Counted from the stretch's first letter, positions 20,067 through 29,809 are shown. The stretch is DNA of 64,000 nucleotides from an uncultured Clostridia bacterium (GCA_904387305.1 CAJFLB010000003.1:1169-65168); one strand, 5' to 3'. Made by a program: numbers and translations. Notes: a model not told the origin generated them from the sequence alone.

Positions 20067-20912
20067 ATGACGATTAAACAAGCGATGATAAAAGGTGTTA
20101 CTATATTAAAACTAGAAAAGATTTCTACGCCAAAGTTAAAAGCAAGATTATTACTACAATATGTACTAAAAAAGCCAAGACAATATTTAATTGTATATGA
20201 TAATCAAAAATTGACAGACAAAGAAGAACAAGAATACTTAAAATATATAGAATTAGTAGCACAAGGAGAACCAATAGAACATATTACACACCAAAAAGAA
20301 TTTATGAAATTAGATTTTTATGTAGATGAAAATGTACTAATACCGAGACAAGATACAGAGGTATTAGTAGAAGAGGTCATAAAAATAGCCAAAAATATAA
20401 GAGCAAAAAAAATATTAGATTTATGCACAGGAAGTGGGGCAATAGCAGTATCTTTAGCAAAATATTTAGAAAACATACAAATAACAGCATTAGACATTAG
20501 TAGAAAGGCCTTAGATGTTGCGATTGCAAATGCCAAAAATAATCATGTGCAAGAAAAAATTACATTTGTAGAATCTAATCTTTTTCAAGACCTAGCACAA
20601 GAAAAATATGACATCATTGTTTCAAATCCTCCTTATATAAGAAGTGAAGAAATCGAAAAACTAGATGAAGAAGTAAAAAGAGAACCAAAAGTAGCATTAG
20701 ATGGAGGTAAAGATGGGGTGGAATTTTATAGAAAGATAATAGACCAAGGATATCAATATTTAAAATATGGTGGATATATTTGTTTCGAAATAGGATATGA
20801 CCAAAAAGAAGAAGTTTTGCAAATTATAAAAGATAAAAAACAATATACAGAAACATATTGTAAAAAAGATTTATATGACAATGATAGAGTGGTTGTAACA
20901 AGATTAGGATAA
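20067..20912 (+). CDS. prmC: Peptide chain release factor N5-glutamine methyltransferase
   Basis: LDLCTGSGAI SAM site, VSNPPYI (NPPY) motif. Confidence 0.92.
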   Translation: MTIKQAMIKGVTILKLEKISTPKLKARLLLQYVLKKPRQYLIVYDNQKLTDKEEQEYLKYIELVAQGEPIEHITHQKEFMKLDFYVDENVLIPRQDTEVLVEEVIKIAKNIRAKKILDLCTGSGAIAVSLAKYLENIQITALDISRKALDVAIANAKNNHVQEKITFVESNLFQDLAQEKYDIIVSNPPYIRSEEIEKLDEEVKREPKVALDGGKDGVEFYRKIIDQGYQYLKYGGYICFEIGYDQKEEVLQIIKDKKQYTETYCKKDLYDNDRVVVTRLG

Positions 20913-20914
20913 TA

Positions 20915-21060
20915 TGTCCAATTGGGGACGTTTCTGTTTGGGACATTTTTATGTAAATTTTTAAAATTATATAACTTTATAAAATTACATTTTTTAATAA
21001 AATTCATATTATATATATTTAAATAAAAATGTCCCAAACAGAAACGTCCCCAATTGGACA
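20915..21060. repeat. MITE-like nested inverted repeat: perfect 36-bp arms, 74-bp AT-rich spacer, filling the prmC-whiA junction
   Basis: tgtccaattggggacgtttctgtttgggacattttt (20915-20950) is the exact reverse complement of 21025-21060; each arm has an internal stem tgtccca/tgggaca-like. Confidence 0.9.
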
Positions 21061-21074
21061 AAAAGGAGGAAAAA

Positions 21075-21962
21075 ATGTCTTTTTCATCAGATATAAAACA
21101 AGAATTAAATAAAACAAATAGTTTAGCTAATAAGGAAAACGTAAAATTTGAATTGATTGGCTATTTCATATCTGCAAATACCAGTGTGATAAAAGGAAAA
21201 AATATTCGATTTTCAACAGAAAGTGACTATAACATTAATCGATTTTCAAAATTATTATTAAACTTAGAGATAAATCACGATATAGATGTGAATGGAAAAA
21301 CATTTAATATTATGACAAAAGCATTTGATGTTAATAAACTAGAATATTTAGAAATAAAAAACGATGAGATATGTGTAAAAGAAGAAATGAAAGAGATAAA
21401 TGCTGATGATAAGAAAAAAGCATTTATTCGAGGAAGTTTTTTAGGTGCAGGTTCTATCAATAATCCAGAAAATTCTTATCATTTAGAGATTGTTTTGTCA
21501 AATGAAAACAATTTGAAAGTATTACAAAAAATGCTGAGTGATTTTGATATTCATGCAAAAGAATTGATAACCAAGAATCGATATTCTGTTTATATAAAAG
21601 AGGGAGAAGAAATTTCAAAGTTATTGGCATTAATTGGAGCCAATAAAGCAGTGATGCAATTTGAAGATATACGAATCAAAAAAGAGATGAGGGGAAAAGT
21701 AAATCGAATTGTAAATTGTGAAACTGCAAACTTGAATAAAACCATTAATGCGGCTATTGAACAAATTGCTGCAATAAAAAAGTTGCAAGCAGATGGTAGA
21801 TTTAATAAATTAGATGATAATTTAAAAGAAATCGCCATTTTAAGAATAGAAAACCCGGATATGTCATTAATAGAATTAGGAAAATTATTAAAAGAACCAG
21901 TGGGAAAATCAGGTGTGAATTACAGATTAAAGAAAATAGTGGAGATAGCAAATGGAAAATAA
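21075..21962 (+). CDS. whiA: Sporulation / cell-division regulator WhiA
   Basis: MSFSSDIKQEL N-terminus, LAGLIDADG-derived middle domain, C-terminal HTH (SGVNYRLKKI); ATG 21075 after aaaaggagg. Confidence 0.9.
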   Translation: MSFSSDIKQELNKTNSLANKENVKFELIGYFISANTSVIKGKNIRFSTESDYNINRFSKLLLNLEINHDIDVNGKTFNIMTKAFDVNKLEYLEIKNDEICVKEEMKEINADDKKKAFIRGSFLGAGSINNPENSYHLEIVLSNENNLKVLQKMLSDFDIHAKELITKNRYSVYIKEGEEISKLLALIGANKAVMQFEDIRIKKEMRGKVNRIVNCETANLNKTINAAIEQIAAIKKLQADGRFNKLDDNLKEIAILRIENPDMSLIELGKLLKEPVGKSGVNYRLKKIVEIANGK

Positions 21963-23196
21963 AGAATTAGGAATATATATACATATACCATTTTGTAAAC
22001 AAAAGTGTTATTATTGCGATTTTGTTTCTTTTTCAAATAAACAGAATTTTGTAGAAAATTATGTAGAAGCGGTAAAAAAGGAAATAAACAATTATTTTCA
22101 AGACAAAACGATCTTAGAAAGATATACAGTAACTACTATATATATTGGTGGAGGAACTCCATCCTATATTGAGAGTAAGTATATTTGCGAAATAATGGAA
22201 CTATTAGAAAATAACTTAAAACAGAACAAAGTGAAATTTGAAGATATAGAAATTACCATAGAAGTAAATCCAGGAACAGTTAATAAAGAAAAATTAGAGC
22301 AATATAGAAAAGCAAAGATCAATCGATTAAGTATAGGTCTACAAAGTACGAATAATGAAATGTTAAAGCAAATTGGAAGAATACATACTTATGAACAATT
22401 TTTAGAAACTTATCAAATGGCAGCAGAGGTTGGGTTTGAGAATGTGAATGTAGACTTGATGACAGGATTACCAAAACAAACAATAGAAGATATAAAAAGA
22501 AGTTTAAAAGAAGTGATACAATTAAATCCAACACATATTAGTGTATATTCTTTAATTATAGAAGAAGGAACAGTAATAGCACAAAAAATAGAAAATCATC
22601 AGTTACAAGAAATGGATGAAGAACTTGAACGAAATATGTATTGGTATGTTAAGAACACATTAGAATTAAACGGATATACACATTATGAGATTTCTAACTT
22701 TGCAAAAGAAGGAAAAGAATCAAAACATAATTTAAATTGTTGGAGGCAAAAAGAATATATTGGAATAGGGTTAGCTGCACATTCTTATCTAAATGCTGTA
22801 AGATATGCTAACACTCCGAAAATGGAACAATACATAGTTCGAATGAATAATTTGAATGGACAAATAGTAAAAGATATTTTAGAATTATCCAATAATAAGA
22901 AGAAAAAAGCAAATGTAGAAGAAAATGAAAAGCATATAGAAACAGTTTATGAAATAGAAGAAGTACAAAAGTTAGAAGACAGAAAAAAGGAATATATGCT
23001 TTTGGGGTTAAGAACAATAGAAGGAGTATGCATATCTAAATTTAAAGAAAAATATATAGATAATCCTATATTTCTATTTAGAAAAGAATTAGAAAAACTA
23101 GTGGAAGAAAAATTGGTCGTGATAGATGGTGATTATATAAAACTGACAAATAAAGGATTAGATTTTGCAAATTTAGTGTGGGAAGAATTTATTTAG
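21952..23196 (+). CDS. hemW: Radical-SAM heme chaperone HemW (HemN-like, oxygen-independent coproporphyrinogen oxidase family)
   Basis: IHIPFCKQKCYYCDF CxxxCxxC, GGGTPS, HemN_C-type tail. Confidence 0.88.
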   Translation: MENKELGIYIHIPFCKQKCYYCDFVSFSNKQNFVENYVEAVKKEINNYFQDKTILERYTVTTIYIGGGTPSYIESKYICEIMELLENNLKQNKVKFEDIEITIEVNPGTVNKEKLEQYRKAKINRLSIGLQSTNNEMLKQIGRIHTYEQFLETYQMAAEVGFENVNVDLMTGLPKQTIEDIKRSLKEVIQLNPTHISVYSLIIEEGTVIAQKIENHQLQEMDEELERNMYWYVKNTLELNGYTHYEISNFAKEGKESKHNLNCWRQKEYIGIGLAAHSYLNAVRYANTPKMEQYIVRMNNLNGQIVKDILELSNNKKKKANVEENEKHIETVYEIEEVQKLEDRKKEYMLLGLRTIEGVCISKFKEKYIDNPIFLFRKELEKLVEEKLVVIDGDYIKLTNKGLDFANLVWEEFI

Positions 23197-23240
23197 CAAC
23201 CAATTGGACAAAACAAAAGATTAAGAAAGAAGGGGATTTT

Positions 23241-24440
23241 ATGGAAGAAGAAAATAATGAAAAATTAGTTAAAGCAATTATCGTGATTTCTATTATATTA
23301 GTAGCGATGCTGCTAATTGCTTGTATATATATTTTTAGTGATCCAAATTATACGGTCAAATATTATATTGAAAATGAAGAAATTGCTAGATATACGTATA
23401 AAGGTGGAGAAAGTATAAATATGCCAGATTTTAATGCAATAAAACCTGGATATAAATTAGTTGGTTGGAAGACGGAAAAAGGGGAAGAATATACTATAGA
23501 ACAAAGTGTACAAGTGACAAAAGATATTACGTATTATGCAATGTTAGAAGAAATTCATTGTGAACATTTAAATCAAGTTACAAGAGGACAGAAGGATCCA
23601 ACTTGTGCAGAAGAAGGATATACAGGAGATATAAAATGTAGAGATTGTGGAACAAGATTACAAGAAGGACAAAGTGTTCCTGCTACAGGAGTGCATAAAT
23701 TTGTAGCATCTGGTAAGTGTAAAGATTGTCAACAAGAAGCAGAATATAAAATAACGGCTAGTAATTATGGGGACAAAATCAATTATACATCTGAAGGATG
23801 TAATGACTGGAAAGTATTTTATAATGACGGTCAAAATGTATATATTATTTCCTCAAATTATATAGAAATACCAGAAAAATGGAGAATTAGTAATAGTATA
23901 TATACATTTGATGCGTTTAAGACAGATTGGTATGATGGACATATAGAGCTACATGATGGTGGATATGCATTTCATGGTGATATGAAGAAAATATTTCTTG
24001 ACAATATGGAAGATACTAGCAATTGGTTGATGTTTTTTAATAAGGAGTTTGCCAATTCAGTTCAAAGTGGTCCAACTTTAGATTTATTTATTAATTCATG
24101 GAATGAAAAAGGGTATACAAAATTATATACAACAACTGATAAAGATGGAGAAAACTATATATCTACCACAGAGGGCGAAAAAGAAACTGGTATTAAGATA
24201 AATACAGATGATAAATTGTATTTTCCATATTCAAGTTCAATAGACAATTGTACGGCGTATTATTTATTAACAGCTGATGTACATTCTAATATATATTCGG
24301 TGGATTATATAGGGAGAATTGGAGGAACTTCACTTGATATTATGGATGAACGAATAAAACATACTGGATTGAGACCAGTTGTATGTTTAAAAATGGATTG
24401 TGGATTTACCTATGAAAATGGTGTATGGCAGTTGAATTAA
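23241..24440 (+). CDS. Membrane-anchored surface protein: Listeria/Bacteroides (Flg_new) repeat, Cys-rich module, C-terminal GLRPV domain
   Basis: ATG 23241 after gaagggga. N-terminal TM AIIVISIILVAMLLIACIYIF. YKLVGWKTEKGEEY repeat signature. Eight-Cys segment CEH..C..C..C..C..C. C-terminal HTGLRPVVCL resembling DUF6273-type ends. Confidence 0.6.
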   Translation: MEEENNEKLVKAIIVISIILVAMLLIACIYIFSDPNYTVKYYIENEEIARYTYKGGESINMPDFNAIKPGYKLVGWKTEKGEEYTIEQSVQVTKDITYYAMLEEIHCEHLNQVTRGQKDPTCAEEGYTGDIKCRDCGTRLQEGQSVPATGVHKFVASGKCKDCQQEAEYKITASNYGDKINYTSEGCNDWKVFYNDGQNVYIISSNYIEIPEKWRISNSIYTFDAFKTDWYDGHIELHDGGYAFHGDMKKIFLDNMEDTSNWLMFFNKEFANSVQSGPTLDLFINSWNEKGYTKLYTTTDKDGENYISTTEGEKETGIKINTDDKLYFPYSSSIDNCTAYYLLTADVHSNIYSVDYIGRIGGTSLDIMDERIKHTGLRPVVCLKMDCGFTYENGVWQLN

Positions 24441-24571
24441 GGAATATAAGAGTAAATAAAATGGACCAAATTGAATGAAAAACGCAAAAAGTTTACATAA
24501 ACTTGAAATTTTAAGTGGAATATGGTAAAATATGTGGGTAAAATCATATAACATATAAAAAGGAGAAGTTT

Positions 24572-25624
24572 ATGGGAAAATATTTGCCAGAACCATTAAA
24601 AAGAATTGCAGTTTTAAAAGATTTGAGATATGGAGTTGAGATTGAGTTCCCATATAGAAAAAAGGATGAAAAGGTGTTATTATATAATTTTAATCATTAT
24701 AATAACAAAGAATTAAATAATCAATGGAAATTTAACAAAGAATTAACAAATGAATATCCTAAAGATGTTGCTATTGGAGAATTTACATCTTCTATACTTC
24801 ATGAGAGTGATGTTAGCTCTTTAGATCAAGTGAATCTTATATTGAAATTAGTTAAGTATTTTCAACATCCAGTTTTAAAAGCGAAAGAAAGAAATACACA
24901 TTTTCATTTTGACATGGATTTACTAGGAGATTCTCTTGAACATTTACCTTCATTTTTAAGTCTTTATAGGGCTTATGAAATTATTTTTTCTAGAATAACA
25001 TCTTGTGAAACAGGTTTAGTTAGAAAAAAAGGGATATCTGATAGAATAGCCCAATCATTAAAAGGTAACTCTATTTCTGATATTCTAAAAACATATAATG
25101 GGGGAGAATATAATTTAGAAAATTTAAAAGAATTTAGAAAATTGCCTATTAACTTATTTAATGTAGGGGCTTTTTATGAAGCAAAAAGTAAAAATGCAAT
25201 CCCAGGTGTTATAAGCGAAAAAAGTGATAGTATACAAAAACAATTGCAGACTGTAAGATTTGCTGTAGATACAAGATTATATGATACATCAAAATATCAA
25301 ATTTTAAAGAAATTAACACCAACTGTTGAATTTAGAATAACACCATCAACAACAGATTTAGGTTATTTTCAACAAAATCTATTACTATTTAGTAATTTAT
25401 TCCTTATGGCTCAAAATCTAGAAAGAATACCAGGACTTAAGCAAAAAGTAGATGCAAGAAATAAATTAATTGATGAAAAAGGAGCAAATATTTTCGAAAA
25501 GAGCATGGATGAAGGGATAAGTGATATAACACATTTTTTACAACCAGAATTACGAGATAGATTACAAATGCAATATATGTTTTCAAAGCAAGTATCTTTA
25601 TATAGTAATTCAATAAATAGATAA
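24572..25624 (+). CDS. Amidoligase-like protein (glutamine synthetase / GCS2 carboxylate-amine ligase fold), function unknown
   Basis: Ordered motifs YGVEIEF (E-x-E), THFHFD (H-x-H), PTVEFRITPSTTD (E-F-R), as in Amidoligase_2/GCS2 families; RBS aaaaggag. Confidence 0.45.
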   Translation: MGKYLPEPLKRIAVLKDLRYGVEIEFPYRKKDEKVLLYNFNHYNNKELNNQWKFNKELTNEYPKDVAIGEFTSSILHESDVSSLDQVNLILKLVKYFQHPVLKAKERNTHFHFDMDLLGDSLEHLPSFLSLYRAYEIIFSRITSCETGLVRKKGISDRIAQSLKGNSISDILKTYNGGEYNLENLKEFRKLPINLFNVGAFYEAKSKNAIPGVISEKSDSIQKQLQTVRFAVDTRLYDTSKYQILKKLTPTVEFRITPSTTDLGYFQQNLLLFSNLFLMAQNLERIPGLKQKVDARNKLIDEKGANIFEKSMDEGISDITHFLQPELRDRLQMQYMFSKQVSLYSNSINR

Positions 25625-25726
25625 AATTAATAGACTGTTGAAATTTGTTTTCAATGGTCTGTTACTAGTTTATTGAGTTCAGTTTTTAACCGGTCATTAT
25701 TAATTTACTAAAGTTTTGAAAAATAC

Positions 25727-25756
25727 TTGACAAAACAATAAAGAATATGATATCAT
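25727..25756 (+). promoter_or_regulatory. Promoter of the infC-rpmI-rplT operon
   Basis: ttgaca - 18 nt - tatcat with TG at extended -10. Confidence 0.55.
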
Positions 25757-25893
25757 ATTTAACGTTACAAGAAGAAGTCAAACTTCTCACCTTATCCAAA
25801 TGAGGAAAAAGGTTAGAAATTAAATAATTTTAGCATTTTTTATGATGCTAGTTTTATTTTGAATTTGACTTGTAACAAAAGTCAAATTTTTTT
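25757..25893 (+). promoter_or_regulatory. L20-leader-type attenuator upstream of infC
   Basis: Structured leader (tagcatttttt-atgatgcta hairpin) ending in a terminator tttgactt-gtaacaa-aagtcaaa + ttttttt just before the infC RBS; the position matches the Firmicute L20 autoregulatory leader. Confidence 0.55.
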
Positions 25894-25933
25894 ATTTTAT
25901 AGAAAATTTGTCAGAGTATTGGAGGTGTTTTGT

Positions 25934-26449
25934 ATAAAACAAGAATTACCAATTAATGGTCAAATAAGAGCAAAAGAAGTTCAATTAATAGGAGATAATG
26001 GAGAAAAAATAGGTGTTATTTCTTTAAATGAAGCTTTAGACAGAGCAGAAGAAAAAAATCTAGATTTAGTTTTAGTTGCGCCAAATGCAAATCCACCAGT
26101 TTGTAAAATTATGAACTATGGAAAATATAAATTTGAGCAAGCAAAAAAAGAAAAAGAAGCTAAGAAAAAACAAAAAAGTTTCGAAATAAAAGAAATAAGA
26201 GTAACTCCTAATATTGAAGAACATGACTTTAGTTTCAAATCTAAAAATGCTAAAAAATTTATACAAGATGGAAACAAAGTAAAAATAACAGTTAGATTTA
26301 GAGGAAGAGAAGTAAACAATTCAAAAGCAGGTGAGGTTGTTTTAAATAAATTCATAGAAGATATGAGTGATATAGCAGTAGTAGAAAAAGCACCAAAGCT
26401 TGAAGGAAGAAATATGTTTACAATTCTTGCTAAAAAAACTGAAAAATAA
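25934..26449 (+). CDS. infC: Translation initiation factor IF-3 (non-canonical ATA start)
   Basis: IKQELPINGQIRAKEVQLIGDNGE.. matches IF-3 N-termini; ggagg 8 nt upstream of ATA 25934; no ATG/GTG/TTG at proper spacing. Confidence 0.85.
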   Translation: MKQELPINGQIRAKEVQLIGDNGEKIGVISLNEALDRAEEKNLDLVLVAPNANPPVCKIMNYGKYKFEQAKKEKEAKKKQKSFEIKEIRVTPNIEEHDFSFKSKNAKKFIQDGNKVKITVRFRGREVNNSKAGEVVLNKFIEDMSDIAVVEKAPKLEGRNMFTILAKKTEK

Positions 26450-26472
26450 AAAAATAGGAAGGAGAATGACTT

Positions 26473-26676
26473 ATGCCAAAATTAAAAACAAATAAAGCTG
26501 CAAAGAAAAGATATTCTTTAACAGCAACAGGAAAAGTAAAAAGAACAAAATCAAACAGAAGACACTTATTAGCAAACAAAACAAAAAGACAAAAAAAATC
26601 AGGAAAAATCCAAAATGCTTATGCAGACAAAACATGTATGAATACAATCAAAAAATTATTACCATATGGTAATTAA
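26473..26676 (+). CDS. rpmI: 50S ribosomal protein L35
   Basis: MPKLKTNKAAKKRY..; basic 67 aa; RBS aggaagg. Confidence 0.92.
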   Translation: MPKLKTNKAAKKRYSLTATGKVKRTKSNRRHLLANKTKRQKKSGKIQNAYADKTCMNTIKKLLPYGN

Positions 26677-26710
26677 TGAGAGAAAATAGAAAATAAGGAA
26701 GGTGATAGAT

Positions 26711-27061
26711 ATGGCAAGAGTAAAAACAGCAAGAACAACAAGAGCAAGACATAAAAAAATATTAAAACAAGCCAAAGGATACTTTGGAGCAAAACATTAT
26801 AGATTTAGAAATGCAAACCAAGCAGTTATGAAATCTTTATCATATGCTTATGTAGGAAGAAAAGATAAAAAGAGTAATTTTAGAAAATTATGGATAGCAA
26901 GAATTAATGCAGCAGCAAGAATAAATGGAACAACATATAGCAGATTAATTGCTGGATTAAAAAAAGCAAATGTAACAATCAATAGAAAAATGTTGGCAGA
27001 CATTGCTATAACAGATCCAAAAGCTTTTACAGAAATTGCTGAAATTGCAAAAAAAGCATAG
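26711..27061 (+). CDS. rplT: 50S ribosomal protein L20
   Basis: [26 protein letters not shown]; ATG 26711 after aaggaaggtg. Confidence 0.93.
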   Translation: MARVKTARTTRARHKKILKQAKGYFGAKHYRFRNANQAVMKSLSYAYVGRKDKKSNFRKLWIARINAAARINGTTYSRLIAGLKKANVTINRKMLADIAITDPKAFTEIAEIAKKA

Positions 27062-27074
27062 ATAAAAAGAATGG

Positions 27075-27110
27075 AGTTATTTTATGAAAATAAAATAACT
27101 TTATTTTTTT
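27075..27110 (+). terminator. Intrinsic terminator of the infC operon
   Basis: agttatttta-tgaaaa-taaaataact then ttattttttt. Confidence 0.8.
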
Positions 27111-27281
27111 GTGTTTTCTAGGTATCATATTTTGAAAATAGACAAAAATGACAAAACAGTTACAAAAAGATTACAATAAGGTTAAAAGCAAATAAAATAA
27201 ATGAAATATATTGAAAAAAAATATAATACATGATATTTTGTAAAGGAGGAACAAAAGTAAAAAGAGAAAAGGGGAGTAAAA

Positions 27282-29735
27282 ATGAAGAAGAGTATTATAA
27301 AAATAATGAGTTTATTTTTAATTATTGTGTCTACATTTTCTTTTGGATGGGTATTTGCAAGTACAGATTTGGAAAGTAAACTAACAAAAGATGAATATTC
27401 AGAAGAATATGAACAATGGTTACAACTTAGTGATGAGGAAAAAGAAAATACAATAGAACCTAGAAAATATGATATTATAACACAAAAAGACAATGCAACA
27501 TATTTAAAAGAATTAAATAATGTGTTTAGGGTTCAACAATTATTAAGAGCAACTATATCAGCAAAATATAGTTTGAAGGATATTATTCCAGAGAATGTAA
27601 CAATTAAAAATCAAATGACAACAAATTCTTGTTGGGCTTTTGCAACGATAGGAATGTTGGAATCACATTTAGCATTGAAAGATAAAAATGATTCAAATAC
27701 AACTGTTACATATGATTTTTCAGAAAAACATATGAATTATGCAACAGCAAAATCAGCATTTTTAAATGGTGAAACAAATGAATATGGATATACAAAAAAA
27801 TTAAGTGATGGTGGAAATATTTATTTGGCTACACAATATATGGCAAATGGGCTAGGAGTAGTAAATGAAAGCGATTTACCATTTGAAAATAGTGAAGAAA
27901 ATATAGATATTTCAGAAATACAAAATAAAGAAGTACAAGCAACATTATATGATACAGTAGAATTCCCAGCAACAGATGCATCAGAAAGAGCAGAAATTAT
28001 GCCAAAAATCAAAGAACATATTGTTAATTATGGAGGAATTTATGCTGGAATTCATGGTGCAAATTTATTAGGAAATGCTTATAACAATGAAACAGGTGCA
28101 ATTTATTGTACTAATCCTATAGTTGAATCTATGGATCATACAGTTGTTATTATTGGTTGGGATGATAATTATAGTGTTGACAACTTTAATGAAGGTCAAA
28201 GACCTACAGAAAATGGAGCATGGATTATCAAAAATTCATGGGGAGATACTATTTCAGAAAAACTAAGTACGGTAAAACAGTCTATGTTTGAACAACAGCA
28301 ATCATATTGTGAATCTATGGGATGGGATACAGCAGATAAAATACCAGATGAGATTATCTTAACTATTTATAAAGCCTCATATGGTGAAGACAAAGTCAGT
28401 ATACAAGGAGAAGATCTTGTAGTTGAATTAGGAGATAAAGGATATATGTATATTTCCTATGAAGATTGTAATGTATACAAAAACTTAATAGGAATTGAAA
28501 AAGCAACGAATACAAAAGATTATGAAAAGGTATATCAAATTGATACATTAGGAGCAAGTAATAATATCATATTTTCAGGACAGGATGCTTTGAGTTTAGC
28601 AAATGTATTTAAAAGAGATACAACAAAGACAGAATATATAGATAAAATTAGTATTTATACATTCCAAGGATATACTTGTAAAGTATTTGTTAATCCAAAT
28701 GGAAGTAGTAAGGCAAAAGAAGATTTGCAAGAAGTACAATTAGTAGCAGGAGAAACAGATACAATTGAACCGGGATATCATACAATAGAATTTGAGGAAC
28801 CAATAAAATTAACAGGAGATTCATTTGTAGTTGTTGTACAAATCATAACAGATGATAATACAAAAGAATTTGCATTAGAAAGTCCAGTAGCAGAGACAAT
28901 GTGGCAAGATGCTGTGTATAATGAAGGAGAAAGTTTCTGTGCTTCAGAAGAAGATTTTAATAATAATATTTGGATGGATTTAGCAACTATGGAAGATGAA
29001 GAGCTAAGAGGAAATTTATGTATTAAAGCATATACAACTTCAGAAATACCAGAAGAACCAGAGAATCCAGGTGAAGAAACGCCAGAATATCCTCAAGAAA
29101 AACCAGTTACATCAGACTTTTCAAATGCAAAGTCTGTTATAACAGAATCAAAATTATATTTTAGCTCAGATGATTTATCACATGCATCAAGTGAAAATAC
29201 AATCAAAATATCTGGCATTAAAATAGGAGATGAAAGCAATACATATGCATATTATTACTATGTTTCAGGAACACAAGGCGATGATAATATAACAAATTGG
29301 ACCAAAACAGAAGCAGTAAAAGAAAATGATGGAACTTATTCAATTACCTTAAATTTGAAATCAGAAGAATTACAAAATTACACAGAAATAACAGAATCAG
29401 ATAATCTATATGTATACATTAGAGAAGTGGCAAAAGTAAATCAACAAAGCACAGAACAAATTGTTACATTAGAAGTAGATAATCAAGTAGAGCCAGAATG
29501 TTATATAGATGGTGTTATGGTAGGTGGCATTGATGATGTATTAAATTACAATAGTAGTAATAATAGCAATCATACGAACAATGGAAATGAAAATGCAAAT
29601 CAAAATGAAGATAATACAGTAGCATCAAGTATCTTACCATATGCAGGTGGAATTACTTTTAAAATTATAGTAGCTGTTTTAGTTATTATATTTGGAGGAT
29701 TTGCTTATTATAGATATAAAAATATCGATAGATAA
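27282..29735 (+). CDS. Secreted papain-family (C1) cysteine peptidase with long C-terminal extension and sortase-type sorting signal
   Basis: Signal peptide ..SFGWVFA/S. Catalytic TNSCWAFA (Cys), MDHTVVIIGWDD (His), WIIKNSWG (Asn). C-terminus LPYAGG + hydrophobic helix + RYKNIDR. Confidence 0.85.
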   Translation: MKKSIIKIMSLFLIIVSTFSFGWVFASTDLESKLTKDEYSEEYEQWLQLSDEEKENTIEPRKYDIITQKDNATYLKELNNVFRVQQLLRATISAKYSLKDIIPENVTIKNQMTTNSCWAFATIGMLESHLALKDKNDSNTTVTYDFSEKHMNYATAKSAFLNGETNEYGYTKKLSDGGNIYLATQYMANGLGVVNESDLPFENSEENIDISEIQNKEVQATLYDTVEFPATDASERAEIMPKIKEHIVNYGGIYAGIHGANLLGNAYNNETGAIYCTNPIVESMDHTVVIIGWDDNYSVDNFNEGQRPTENGAWIIKNSWGDTISEKLSTVKQSMFEQQQSYCESMGWDTADKIPDEIILTIYKASYGEDKVSIQGEDLVVELGDKGYMYISYEDCNVYKNLIGIEKATNTKDYEKVYQIDTLGASNNIIFSGQDALSLANVFKRDTTKTEYIDKISIYTFQGYTCKVFVNPNGSSKAKEDLQEVQLVAGETDTIEPGYHTIEFEEPIKLTGDSFVVVVQIITDDNTKEFALESPVAETMWQDAVYNEGESFCASEEDFNNNIWMDLATMEDEELRGNLCIKAYTTSEIPEEPENPGEETPEYPQEKPVTSDFSNAKSVITESKLYFSSDDLSHASSENTIKISGIKIGDESNTYAYYYYVSGTQGDDNITNWTKTEAVKENDGTYSITLNLKSEELQNYTEITESDNLYVYIREVAKVNQQSTEQIVTLEVDNQVEPECYIDGVMVGGIDDVLNYNSSNNSNHTNNGNENANQNEDNTVASSILPYAGGITFKIIVAVLVIIFGGFAYYRYKNIDR

Positions 29736-29762
29736 AAGAAAAGACTAAGTAGCATATAAAAG

Positions 29763-29809
29763 TGAACCCAAATTATTAGACAAAAAGTTCAATAATTTGG
29801 GTTCATTTT
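29763..29809. terminator. Bidirectional terminator between the peptidase gene and the spoVA operon
   Basis: tgaacccaaattatt / aataatttgggttca 15-bp stem with T runs on both strands. Confidence 0.8.

Noticed and set aside
27182-27493. Short ORFs in promoter or leader regions (27182-27493, 12301-12516, 32233-32430, 37300-37518, 37575-37820, 62131-62325, 7371-7646, 18655-18840, 20753-21061)
   Set aside because: No RBS, F/L/I/Y-rich low-complexity products, and overlap with the 5' ends or promoters of strongly supported genes on the opposite strand.
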